A stretch of 64,000 nt of DNA from Oscillospiraceae bacterium (GCA_031270865.1 JAISWI010000094.1:8001-72000), one strand, 5' to 3'; shown: positions 27,023-36,305, counted from the first letter of the stretch. Numbers and translations are program-made. Notes: generated by a model not told the origin, from the letters alone.

Positions 27023-27752
27023 CTGCCGCCTCGTCCCCTGTCAGCTCAAGGAACACCTTCTCCAAGGACGCGCCCGTCTCGCCGCTCCTTAACTCATCCA
27101 GCGTGCCCACGGCGATCAGCTTGCCCTTCTGGAGAATGCCTATCCTGTCGCACAGCCGCTCGGCCACGTCCAGCACGTGCGTCGAGAAGAACACCGTGTT
27201 CCCGGCGGCGCAGTGCGCGCGCATCTGCCGCTTGATCACGTGCGCGGCGCGTGGGTCGAGGCCGACCATCGGCTCGTCGAGTATCCACAGCGGCGGGTTG
27301 TGCGCCAACGCGCCGATCAGCGCGAGCTTCTGCCTCATGCCGCGCGAGTAACCCTTGACTATCCCATTCAGCGCGGCGGCAAGCTCGAACCGCTCGGACA
27401 GCGATGTGATCCGCGCGGCGCGGTCCGCCGAGGACACGCCGTACATGTCGCACATGAAGTTCAGGTACTCCAGCCCGGTCAGGCGGTCGTACGCGTCCTG
27501 CGCGTCGGGTACGTAGCCGACCATGCGCTTCGCCGCGATGGGATCCTTATCAAGCGGCGCGCCGCCGACCGTGACCGTCCCCTCGTCGGGCGTTAGTATC
27601 CCGGTAACCAGCTTGATCGTGGTGGTCTTGCCCGCGCCGTTCGGTCCAATGAAGCCGAACACCTCGCCGCCGCGCACCTCCAGCGTCAGGCCGTCCACCG
27701 CGCGGACGTTTCCTCTGGCGTATCGCTTAGAAACGTTTTCCAGTTTGAGCAT
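27006..27752 (-). CDS. ABC transporter ATP-binding protein
   Basis: MLKLENVSKRY...GPNGAGKTTT...SRGMRQKLAL...LDEP. Confidence 0.9.
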   Translation of the reverse strand: MLKLENVSKRYARGNVRAVDGLTLEVRGGEVFGFIGPNGAGKTTTIKLVTGILTPDEGTVTVGGAPLDKDPIAAKRMVGYVPDAQDAYDRLTGLEYLNFMCDMYGVSSADRAARITSLSERFELAAALNGIVKGYSRGMRQKLALIGALAHNPPLWILDEPMVGLDPRAAHVIKRQMRAHCAAGNTVFFSTHVLDVAERLCDRIGILQKGKLIAVGTLDELRSGETGASLEKVFLELTGDEAAGDWDE

Positions 27753-27774
27753 GCTGCCTCCTTATCTAGAGTAG

Positions 27775-27900
27775 GTTCCCCCGCTGTCGTTGCGGTGGTG
27801 GTAAGGCATCGCCACCGCTGTCGCTTCGGCGACAGAGGGGGTAACGCGAATCCCACCACAAGCGACAAAGGAAACAATGCGAATCCCACAGCGGACGACA
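27775..27900. repeat. G-rich hairpin repeat element (copy D)
   Basis: Two hairpins: GCGGTGG-13 nt-CCACCGC and CTGTCGC-ttcg-GCGACAG (27818-27835). They are followed by agagggggtaacgcgaatcccacca. gcgaatcccac recurs 33 nt later (27846 and 27879). Confidence 0.6.
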
Positions 27901-27917
27901 CTGAACCTATCCCCCAT

Positions 27918-28883
27918 CTACCCATTGCCCCCATATCGGATCCTCTCCGCCGCCCAGCGCGAGTGCTCGCTCACCGCGTCATCCTCCACAACCATAAGAC
28001 GTAACAACGCAGGCAAATATTCCCTCCGGCAAACATTTCCCGCGATTAGCGCAGCCTGCGCCTGGATCCGCCTCGCCCGCGCGTAGTTGACCCCTATCAT
28101 GCCTCCCAGCGCGTCCAGCGTTTCGCGCGACGGCTCCAGCAGATTCTCAACGCGTAACCAATCCCAGCCCTCGCGCGGCCTGACCTCGACCGTCGGCGGC
28201 TGCATCGGGCAAACCAATTGGCAAACCTCGCAGCCAATCAACCGCCGGTCCATCAGGCGGCGGTATTCCACAGGCGCGGGCTTGCCGCTGAACATATGGA
28301 AACGTAAGCATTTCTCGATCGTTATGCCGCCCTCGCCGTCCAGCGCCGCGGTAGGGCACATGAGGGCGCATCGGCGGCATGACCCGCATCCCGGCGCGAG
28401 GTCGGCGCGTTCGGGATTGCCGCGCGTCAACGGTTCGTCCGGCTCATACCGCTCGGACACCGCGAAAACCTGTATAGCTTGATAACTGCCCCGCCCCGAC
28501 GTATACAGCAGCGTATTCATCCGGTAAACGCCCAGCCCGGCGTAAAGCGCGGCGGTCTTGGCCCTGACCGCCGTCAGCCGCTCGGCCTGGACTCCCAACG
28601 CGCCGACGGCCTCCACCCACTCGCCGCCCATACGGTGCGCGGCGTTCATGCCGACATAAGCGCCGACGACCTCCGCGATAACCGGCCCGCCCTCAACGGC
28701 TGGCGGCGGAGGCTCCCATTTGAATGTAGGCGCTGTCATAACTATTATAGAGCGCGGCTCGAACGCCGACGGTTTGACCGGACGTCCCGGCAGCGGCAGC
28801 GCGTGGTCGGGCGAGGTTATGCCCATCGACATAAACCCAAGTCCACGCGCGGTTTCCCACAGCGTTTCCCGTGATACGGGCAT
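27918..28883 (-). CDS. queG: Epoxyqueuosine reductase (QueG)-like 4Fe-4S protein
   Basis: CGSCRRCALMCPTAAL and GCEVCQLVCP ferredoxin motifs, with a HEAT-like C-terminus. Confidence 0.65.
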   Translation of the reverse strand: MPVSRETLWETARGLGFMSMGITSPDHALPLPGRPVKPSAFEPRSIIVMTAPTFKWEPPPPAVEGGPVIAEVVGAYVGMNAAHRMGGEWVEAVGALGVQAERLTAVRAKTAALYAGLGVYRMNTLLYTSGRGSYQAIQVFAVSERYEPDEPLTRGNPERADLAPGCGSCRRCALMCPTAALDGEGGITIEKCLRFHMFSGKPAPVEYRRLMDRRLIGCEVCQLVCPMQPPTVEVRPREGWDWLRVENLLEPSRETLDALGGMIGVNYARARRIQAQAALIAGNVCRREYLPALLRLMVVEDDAVSEHSRWAAERIRYGGNG

Positions 28884-28889
28884 GCCTGT

Positions 28890-30878
28890 TCACCCCAGTC
28901 TATCCAGCAGGTACGCCTCGTCCTCGACCCTGACGCCCAGCGAACGAGCCTTGTCCAGCTTGCTCCCCGCCGACTCGCCAGCTATGACCAGCGTCGTCTT
29001 CTTCGTAACCGATGCCGCCGTCTTGCCCCCTGCGGCGCGGACAGCCGCCTCAGCCTCGGCGCGTCCCATCGCGGTGAGCGTCCCAGTGACGACGACCACC
29101 TCGCCATCGAACGCCCCGCCCGCCGCGGGTACATTTGTCGAATCGCGCGTGACAACCGGATCGACGCCCGCCTGCCTCAACCCCTCGACCATCCGGATGT
29201 TCTCATCCTGTTTAAAGAACTCCATCACGCTCTCGGCCACTACGCCGCCGACGTCCTCGACGGCGGTCAGCGCCTCGATGTCGGCGGATCGAAGCGCGTC
29301 GATTGAGCCGAACCGCTCGGCCAGGTCACGCGCGGTTTTGGTCCCGACGTTCGGGATGCCCAGCGCGTAGAGCGCCGCCTCCAGCGGACGCGACTTGCCG
29401 CGCTCCAGCGCTTCCAATAGATTGGCCGCGCGTTTCGCCCCCATGCCCGGCAAACCTACCAGTTGGTCGATGGTTAGTTTGTATAATTCTTCCGGCGAGC
29501 GCAAGCCCAGATGGTCATACAGCAGGTCGGCGGTCTTTTCGCTGAACGCGTCTATATCCATCGCGCCGCGCGAGGCGAAGTGCGTCAGCCGCGCTATCCG
29601 CTGCGGGCGGCAGTCGCGGTTCACGCAGAACAGGTGAGCGCCTCTCATCTCGACGGGCGACCCGCACGCCGGACATCGCTCCGGCGCGGAGATCGGCTCC
29701 TCGTCCGGGAAAACCTCATCAGTCCGCCCCAATATCTCCGGTATCACCTCGCCGGAACGCCTCAGCCACACCCGGCAGCCGATCGACACGCGCTTGCGCT
29801 CGATATCGCCAATGTTGTTCAGCGTGGCGCGGCTGATTGTCGCTCCCGCCAACTCGACGGGATCCAACCGCGCCAGCGGGGTCAGCTTGCCCGTGCGCCC
29901 GGGTTCCCACGTGACCGCGTTAAGGCGCGTGACGGCCTCCTCTGCCTGGAACTTGAACGCCATCGCCCAGCGCGGAAACTTATCCGTCGCGCCCAGCGTC
30001 CGCCGCGCCGCCATGCCGGATACCTTCACCACCGCGCCGTCTATTAGGAAGTCCAGGCCCTCGCGGGTGGATTCAAGGGAACGCGCCGCCGCTATCGCCT
30101 CGTCGACCGTGGGCGCGGGGATACACTCCGGGCTGGTTGGGATGTGGTTCAACCGCAGGAATGACAACATCCCAACGTGGTCGTCGTACGGGACGCCGCG
30201 CCATTCGGGATTGGGATCGTCGGGGTTTGGCTCGATATATCCTATCTGGTAACAGAACAAATCCAGCCTGCGCGACGCCGTGACCGCCGGGTCAAGGTTG
30301 CGCAGCGCGCCGGCGGCGGCGTTGCGGGCGTTCTTCAGCGGGACGTCCGCAGTCCTGTTATACGCCTCCAGCGACGAGAAGCGCATGATCGCCTCGCCCT
30401 GTACCTCCATCAACCCCTTGAACGGTATCGACAGCGGCACGCCGCGGATAGTCCGGGCCTGCGGGAGGATCGCCTCGCCGACCGCGCCGCTGCCGCGCGT
30501 CGCGGCCTGGACCAACGCGCCGTCGTCGTATGTAAGGTTGAGTGTCAGGCCGTCAAGCTTATACTCCACGACATAATCAAGCGGCGATTCCGCGAGGCGC
30601 GTGGCCCGCGCCGCCCAGTCGCGCAAACCCTGCTCAGCGGTGGTTTTATCCAAACTCCACAACCTCGCGCGGTGGGTATACTGCTCAAACGCGGACAGCG
30701 GTTCGCCGCCGACGCGCCGGGTAGGGCTGTCAGGCAGGACAACACCCTCCAGCGCCTCGCGGCGCAGCAGTTCGTCGTAGAGCGCGTCCCACTCCGCGTC
30801 CGTGATGACCGGCGCGTCAAGGACGTAGTAGGCGCGGGCGGTTTCGTTCAGGCGGTCCACGAGTTCGCGTGTGGTCAT
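28890..30878 (-). CDS. ligA: NAD-dependent DNA ligase
   Basis: MTTRELVDRLNETARAYYVLDAPVITDAEWD...EYKLDGL...; Zn finger, HhH and BRCT regions. Confidence 0.95.
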   Translation of the reverse strand: MTTRELVDRLNETARAYYVLDAPVITDAEWDALYDELLRREALEGVVLPDSPTRRVGGEPLSAFEQYTHRARLWSLDKTTAEQGLRDWAARATRLAESPLDYVVEYKLDGLTLNLTYDDGALVQAATRGSGAVGEAILPQARTIRGVPLSIPFKGLMEVQGEAIMRFSSLEAYNRTADVPLKNARNAAAGALRNLDPAVTASRRLDLFCYQIGYIEPNPDDPNPEWRGVPYDDHVGMLSFLRLNHIPTSPECIPAPTVDEAIAAARSLESTREGLDFLIDGAVVKVSGMAARRTLGATDKFPRWAMAFKFQAEEAVTRLNAVTWEPGRTGKLTPLARLDPVELAGATISRATLNNIGDIERKRVSIGCRVWLRRSGEVIPEILGRTDEVFPDEEPISAPERCPACGSPVEMRGAHLFCVNRDCRPQRIARLTHFASRGAMDIDAFSEKTADLLYDHLGLRSPEELYKLTIDQLVGLPGMGAKRAANLLEALERGKSRPLEAALYALGIPNVGTKTARDLAERFGSIDALRSADIEALTAVEDVGGVVAESVMEFFKQDENIRMVEGLRQAGVDPVVTRDSTNVPAAGGAFDGEVVVVTGTLTAMGRAEAEAAVRAAGGKTAASVTKKTTLVIAGESAGSKLDKARSLGVRVEDEAYLLDRLG

Positions 30879-30904
30879 GGGTTGTTACCCCTTATGTTAA
30901 CGTT

Positions 30905-31190
30905 TGTTCGATGGGGAAGCCCCCTCTGCCACTGCGGAGGCGTCTCCCCCTATGAGGGCGACAAGGGGGCTTGGAACGTCGCTTCGGCGGGGTTTGGACG
31001 CCGCGATCGCGGAACTGCCCAGGCTTTGCTAGGGCGCAGGGGCGCTACGCTTCCTATACATTATTTTTCCAAAAACGCTCTATAGGAAAATAGCTGCGCC
31101 AGCCGCGCCCCGCGACTCCTAGGGAGCGATGCCGTTGTGGGGCAGAGGGGCCTCCACCGGAACCAGAGGGGCGGAACGCGCCCCCACCCC
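30905..31190. repeat. Composite G-rich repeat (copy E) plus an imperfect palindrome of about 95 nt, between pcrA and ligA
   Basis: 30930-31006 is homologous to copy B. 31029-31123 has paired arms CTAGG/CCTAG, GGGGCGC/GCGCCCC and TTCCTATA/TATAGGAA around an AT-rich centre. Confidence 0.6.
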
Positions 31191-31191
31191 G

Positions 31192-33462
31192 CTAATCCGC
31201 CACCTTGACGATCGGCGCCATCGATGAGACAAACTCCCTCACCCCGTACGCCGCGAACTCGATCAACACGCGGCTATCCGTGCCCGTTCCCTTTAGCTCC
31301 ACTACGTTCCCCTCCCCAAACTTCTTGTGAAGCACACGGTCGCCCGGCTTGAACAGCATCATAGCCGCCGCCTGCTCCGCGAACGCCTGCGCCGCCGACG
31401 GGCTGTATCCCTTGCGCACCCCCGGGATGTTCAGAGCGCCGACGCGTCCCGTCTCCCTCGGGTTTGGCACCGCGCGTAATCCTTTATGAGAAGCCAACTG
31501 TTCGCGCGTCTTAACCTCCGGGTTGCCCACCGGAGCCTTCTTCGCCTTCGCTCCATCCTCGACGACGCGCCGGGGCACCTCATCCAGGAACTGCGAGGGC
31601 GAGCTGTGCTGCGTCTGGTTGTAGAGCATCCTCTGCTCCGCGTAAGACAGGTAGAGCCGGTCTTTCGCGCGGGTGAACCCCACGTAGCACAGCCGGCGCT
31701 CCTCCTCAAGGCGGTTCGTGTCCTGGGCACTCCTGCTCGATGGGAACAGCCCCTGCTCCATCCCGACCAGGAACACGTTGCCGAACTCCAGCCCCTTCGC
31801 GCTGTGAAGCGTCATCAGCGTGACCGAGCCTGGGCCTTCGCGCATCGCGTCCAGGTCGGTCACCAGCGCGATGTTCTCCAGGTATCCCTCCAGCGTCGCG
31901 CCCTCCGTCTTTTCGCCGAATTCCTTCGCCGCGCCGATGAACTCATCAATGTTCGCCAGTCTGTCGCGGCTTTCCTCGGTGTTCTCCTTCTCGTACTGCG
32001 CCCGCAGCCCGAACGCCGCGACGACCGTCGTAACCGCCTCGCCTACGCCCATGCCCTCTACCCGCGCTATCATGTCCAGCAGCTCATTGCCGAAGTCCAG
32101 CACGGACTTCCTCGCCCGCGAAGCCAGCTGCTCATGCGGCTCCAGCAGCGCGGTGAACAGGCTCATGCCGCCGTCACGCGCGGAGCGGACCAATTCGGCG
32201 ACCGTAGCGTCGCCGATCGCGCGGCGCGGGGTGTTGATTATCCGGCGCAGCGCGACATCGTCCGCGGGATTCACCAACGCGCGGAGGTAGGCGACCACGT
32301 CGCGGACCTCCTTGCGGTCATAGAACCTCGGCCCGCCGAACACGCGGTACGGTATCCCCGCGCGAACCAGCATCTCTTCCAAAACGCGCGACTGCGCGTT
32401 GACGCGGTACAGCGCGGCCACATCGCCGTACGGAACGCCGCCAAGCCGCAGCAGCCTTATCCTGTCACAGACCCACGCGGCCTCGGCGCGTTCGTCGAAC
32501 GCCTTGAACACCACTATCTTGTCGCCCTCGCCGCGCTCCGTCCACAGCGTTTTATCCTTGCGGCTGGCGTTGTTGGCGATGACCTGGTTAGCCGCGTCGA
32601 GGATATTCTGGGTGGATCGGTAGTTGCGCTCCAGCTTGATCACCTGCGTATTGGGGAAATCCTTCTCAAAATCAAGGATGTTCCGGATATCCGCGCCGCG
32701 CCAGCCGTATATCGACTGGTCGTCGTCGCCCACTACGCAGATGTTCCCGCTCCGAGCCGCGAGCAGCCGGACCATCTGGTATTGCGCCGGGTTGGTATCC
32801 TGGTACTCGTCGACGTGGATGTAGCTGAAGCGCCGCTGGTACGCCTCCAACACGGGCGGATGCTCGGCGAACAGCTCCAGCGTACGGATCAGCAGGTCGT
32901 CGAAGTCCAGCGCGTTCGCCTCGCGAAGCCGCAGCTCATACTCGTTCATCAGGTCGCGGATCACGCGGCGGCGCGGGTCTGGCTCGCCCTTCCCCAGCCA
33001 TTCGCTGGGGGACATCAGTTTATTCTTAATGTCGGAGATCGTCGAGCGGATCTCCCGGACGGGGTAGGCCTTATCGTCCAGGTTGCGCCGCTTGAGCATA
33101 TCCTTGACCACGGCGGCCTGGTCGTCGTCGTCGTATATCGAGAACGCGCGTTTGTATCCCAGCTTCTCTATGTCGCGCCTTAGCACGCGGGCGCAGCACG
33201 CGTGGAACGTCATAATCCACGCCTCCGCCGCGCTGGTCCCGGCCAGCGCGTCCACCCGCTCGCGCATCTCGCGCGCGGCCTTGTTCGTGAAGGTGATGGC
33301 CAATATCTCCCGCGCGGGCGATCCCCGCGCTATCAGGTTAGCGATGCGGCAAGTCAGGGCGCTGGTCTTGCCCGAGCCCGCGCCGGCCAGTATGAGCAGC
33401 GGCCCCTCGAACGTCGAAGCCGCCCGCGCCTGTTCAGGGTTCAACCCTGTGCGATCAATCAT
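31192..33462 (-). CDS. pcrA: ATP-dependent DNA helicase PcrA (UvrD family)
   Basis: MIDRTGLNPEQARAA...LAGAGSGKTSAL...; classic Firmicute pcrA-ligA order. Confidence 0.93.
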   Translation of the reverse strand: MIDRTGLNPEQARAASTFEGPLLILAGAGSGKTSALTCRIANLIARGSPAREILAITFTNKAAREMRERVDALAGTSAAEAWIMTFHACCARVLRRDIEKLGYKRAFSIYDDDDQAAVVKDMLKRRNLDDKAYPVREIRSTISDIKNKLMSPSEWLGKGEPDPRRRVIRDLMNEYELRLREANALDFDDLLIRTLELFAEHPPVLEAYQRRFSYIHVDEYQDTNPAQYQMVRLLAARSGNICVVGDDDQSIYGWRGADIRNILDFEKDFPNTQVIKLERNYRSTQNILDAANQVIANNASRKDKTLWTERGEGDKIVVFKAFDERAEAAWVCDRIRLLRLGGVPYGDVAALYRVNAQSRVLEEMLVRAGIPYRVFGGPRFYDRKEVRDVVAYLRALVNPADDVALRRIINTPRRAIGDATVAELVRSARDGGMSLFTALLEPHEQLASRARKSVLDFGNELLDMIARVEGMGVGEAVTTVVAAFGLRAQYEKENTEESRDRLANIDEFIGAAKEFGEKTEGATLEGYLENIALVTDLDAMREGPGSVTLMTLHSAKGLEFGNVFLVGMEQGLFPSSRSAQDTNRLEEERRLCYVGFTRAKDRLYLSYAEQRMLYNQTQHSSPSQFLDEVPRRVVEDGAKAKKAPVGNPEVKTREQLASHKGLRAVPNPRETGRVGALNIPGVRKGYSPSAAQAFAEQAAAMMLFKPGDRVLHKKFGEGNVVELKGTGTDSRVLIEFAAYGVREFVSSMAPIVKVAD

Positions 33463-33607
33463 TGTATTTCCACCTGCCTGAAAGCGATTCCAGCCGTGTT
33501 TCCTCTACCATACTACCACAAAATGGCGGGGAATGAAAGCGGCGCGGGCAGGGAAATCGCGCGTGGGTGTTATCGAAAAATCGTACAGGCTTTTAATTAT
33601 AAAACAC

Positions 33608-33636
33608 TTGACATCGCGCGGGCCTTGCGGTACAAT
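33608..33636 (+). promoter_or_regulatory. SigA-type promoter
   Basis: TTGACA-tcgcgcgggccttgcgg(17)-TACAAT. Confidence 0.6.
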
Positions 33637-33795
33637 ATGATAATAGTATCCTTGTATCCAGCTTGAGGGAGATAAACAGACATGGCCGCGGTAAGCTTCC
33701 AACCGTCGATGCACGTTATTGCCAGGCGTTCGCGCCGGTAGCTTATATGCTGCCGACGCGTACGCTAACAAGCGTTGCGTCGGCGGGAGGGGTAT

Positions 33796-33836
33796 AAACG
33801 CTCCGGGACGGCGCATCGTCCCGGAGCGTTTGTTGT
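33796..33836 (+). terminator. Intrinsic terminator/attenuator inside the leader of the ABC-2 operon
   Basis: A perfect 15-bp stem, AAACGCTCCGGGACG-gcgcat-CGTCCCGGAGCGTTT, followed by GTTGT. It ends 30 nt before the ATG at 33866. Confidence 0.6.
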
Positions 33837-33865
33837 ACCGCCATATAGTAAAGGAGGCGTACCCC

Positions 33866-34681
33866 ATGCCCGTGATCGAGACACGCGGCCTCACGAAGAC
33901 CTACCGCGCCAAGGTGAAGGGCGAGGGACTAGGCGCAAGCGTCCGCGCGTTGGTAAGGCCGCAATGGAAGCGGGTGGAGGCCGTGCGCGGCGTAAGCCTG
34001 AGCGTCGAGCCGGGCGAGATCGTCGCCTTCATCGGCCCGAACGGAGCGGGCAAGTCCACATTCATCAAGATGCTGTGCGGGATACTCAACCCCAGCGGCG
34101 GCGAGTTATCCGTACTGGGCATGGACCCGACTCGCGACCGGCGCAAGCTCTCCATGCGCGTGGGCGCGGTCTTCGGGCAGAAGTCGCAGCTATGGCTGCA
34201 CCTGCCCGCGCTTGACAGTTTCACGCTGCTGGCCGCGATATACGAGCTAAGCGACGCGCAGCGCAAGCGCAAGGTAGGCGAGTTGAGCGAGATATTCGGG
34301 CTGGGCGAGTTCATCCAAACGCCCGTAAGAAAGCTCTCGCTGGGGCAGCGCGTCCGGTGCGAGGTAGCGGCGTCGCTGCTGCACGATCCGGAACTGCTGT
34401 TCCTTGACGAGCCGACCATCGGCCTTGACGTGGTGGTCAAACAGGCGATACGCGGGCTGATCATCCAGCGCAACCGCGAGCGCGGCACGACCGTCTTCCT
34501 CACCAGCCACGACCCGTCCGACATAGAGAACCTGTGCCGACGCGCCGTTGTGATCGACCATGGCGGCCTGGTGATGGATTGTCCCGTCGAGCGGCTGCAG
34601 GCGGCGGCCGGCGTATCCGGCAGCGGCGCGTCGATGGAGGATACCATCGCGGCGATATTCCGGAAGGGGGCGGCCACATAA
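33866..34681 (+). CDS. ABC transporter ATP-binding protein
   Basis: AAGGAGG lies 8 nt upstream. MPVIETRGLTKTY...GPNGAGKST...LSLGQRVR...LDEPT. Confidence 0.9.
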   Translation: MPVIETRGLTKTYRAKVKGEGLGASVRALVRPQWKRVEAVRGVSLSVEPGEIVAFIGPNGAGKSTFIKMLCGILNPSGGELSVLGMDPTRDRRKLSMRVGAVFGQKSQLWLHLPALDSFTLLAAIYELSDAQRKRKVGELSEIFGLGEFIQTPVRKLSLGQRVRCEVAASLLHDPELLFLDEPTIGLDVVVKQAIRGLIIQRNRERGTTVFLTSHDPSDIENLCRRAVVIDHGGLVMDCPVERLQAAAGVSGSGASMEDTIAAIFRKGAAT

Positions 34682-35478
34682 TGGTTATCCGGCGGCTAAG
34701 GAAATATGCGGTTATCGCCCGCGTGAGCCTCACCAACGCCATCACGTACCGCTCGTCGCTGTTCATGCGCTTCGCGTTTTACGCGATGTTCGTCTACATC
34801 TTCATGGGGCTGTGGGGCGCGATCTACAGGGAGGGCAGCGTCAACGGGTATACCTACGCCCAAATGGTGTGGTATCTGGCCATGACAGAGGGGATAGCCT
34901 TCGCGCTCGGCACGGGCATATTCGGCGAGATGAACGACGCGGTCAAGACCGGCTCCATCGCGTACCAGCTATGCCGCCCGACGCGCTATGTGTTCTACCA
35001 GCTGGCGAGCGCTCTCGGGCAGGTATTGCTCAATACGCTGCTGTTCGGCGCGCTGGCCGCCGCGCTGGGATTGCTGTTCGTCGGGCCGCTGCCGGGGTTC
35101 GGCCCGCGGGTGATACCGCCGCTGATACTGTCTATCGCGCTGTCGTTCATCCAGAATTACTTCACGCTGACGCTGCTGGCGCTGTCGTCGTTCGTCATAG
35201 AGGACAACACCGCGCTGTTCCTTATATACCAGAAACTATGCTTCATGCTGGGCATGTTCCTGCCCGTGGAGTTCCTGCCGGAGGCGATCCAACGCGTCGC
35301 GCGGAACCTGCCGTTCTCGTACGTATACTGGGCTCCGGCGAAGATATTCGTCTCATACACGCCGGAGTTGTTCCGGCAGGTGATACCGCGACAGGCGATG
35401 TGGGCGGCGTCGGCGGTCGCGCTGGCCATGCTCGCGTACAACGCCGGCGTCAAGCGGCTGCAGGCGAACGGAGGCTGA
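34681..35478 (+). CDS. ABC-2 family permease
   Basis: TAATG overlap with the ATPase gene. MVIRRLRKYAVIARVSLTNAITYRSS..., with about 6 TM segments. Confidence 0.8.
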   Translation: MVIRRLRKYAVIARVSLTNAITYRSSLFMRFAFYAMFVYIFMGLWGAIYREGSVNGYTYAQMVWYLAMTEGIAFALGTGIFGEMNDAVKTGSIAYQLCRPTRYVFYQLASALGQVLLNTLLFGALAAALGLLFVGPLPGFGPRVIPPLILSIALSFIQNYFTLTLLALSSFVIEDNTALFLIYQKLCFMLGMFLPVEFLPEAIQRVARNLPFSYVYWAPAKIFVSYTPELFRQVIPRQAMWAASAVALAMLAYNAGVKRLQANGG

Positions 35479-35480
35479 TT

Positions 35481-36305
35481 ATGGGAAGTTTGGATAGAAC
35501 GGGCAGAATGGGCAGTTTCAGGAAACACCTGCGCGTGTTCGCGTGTTACTACCGATTGAATCTCGCCTCCGCGCTGGAATACCGCGCCAGCTTCTTTATC
35601 CAGGCGTTCGGGATGGCGCTGTCGAACAGCTCGTTCATATTCTTCTGGTGGATAGCGTTCCGGCAGATAGGCGGCTCGATCGCGGGCTACTCGTTTGAGG
35701 ATGTGCTGTTCATATGGGCTGTCTCAAGCTGCGGGTACGGCCTGTCAACGATACTGTTCGCGAACGTGTCCAGCCTGACGAACTTGATCGTCACCGGAGA
35801 GCTTGACACGTACCTGCTCCAGCCCAGCAGCGCGCTGCTAAGCGTGCTGTGCGCGAAGACGTCGCTGTCAGCGTATGGCGACGTGGCGTATGGGTTAATC
35901 CTAATGGTTGTATTTTACGCGGGCAACGCCGGGGCGTGGCTATGGTTCGTCTTCGGCGCGTTGGCGTTAGCCGCGATATTCACGGCGATAACGCTGGCGG
36001 CGCATACGCTCACGTTCTATTGGGGCGACGCCTCCGCCGTCGGGAAGCTGGCCGCGGAGTTCGCGATCAATTTTTCCATATACCCGGAAAAGATATATGG
36101 CCCGGCTGTACGCGCGGTGATGTACAGCCTGATACCGACGGCCATCGCGGTTCATGTGCCGCTGAAGCTGTTCCACGGGTTCACGCCATGGACCGCGCTT
36201 GCCGCGCTGGGCGGCGCGGCGCTGTACTGTGTCGCGGCCGGGGCGTTCTTCTACCGCGGGCTGCGGCGGTACGAGTCGGGAAACGCCATCGTCACGAAAA
36301 CGTGA
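35481..36305 (+). CDS. ABC-2 family permease (second subunit)
   Basis: MGSLDRTG...LASALEYRASFFIQAFG... The track ORF starting at 34812 is an out-of-context extension. Confidence 0.8.
   Translation: MGSLDRTGRMGSFRKHLRVFACYYRLNLASALEYRASFFIQAFGMALSNSSFIFFWWIAFRQIGGSIAGYSFEDVLFIWAVSSCGYGLSTILFANVSSLTNLIVTGELDTYLLQPSSALLSVLCAKTSLSAYGDVAYGLILMVVFYAGNAGAWLWFVFGALALAAIFTAITLAAHTLTFYWGDASAVGKLAAEFAINFSIYPEKIYGPAVRAVMYSLIPTAIAVHVPLKLFHGFTPWTALAALGGAALYCVAAGAFFYRGLRRYESGNAIVTKT

Noticed and set aside
33505-33894. 129-aa minus-strand ORF in the pcrA / ABC-2 divergent region
   Set aside because: It runs antisense through the promoter, leader hairpins and terminator of the ABC-2 operon. It has no SD and an unconvincing composition.
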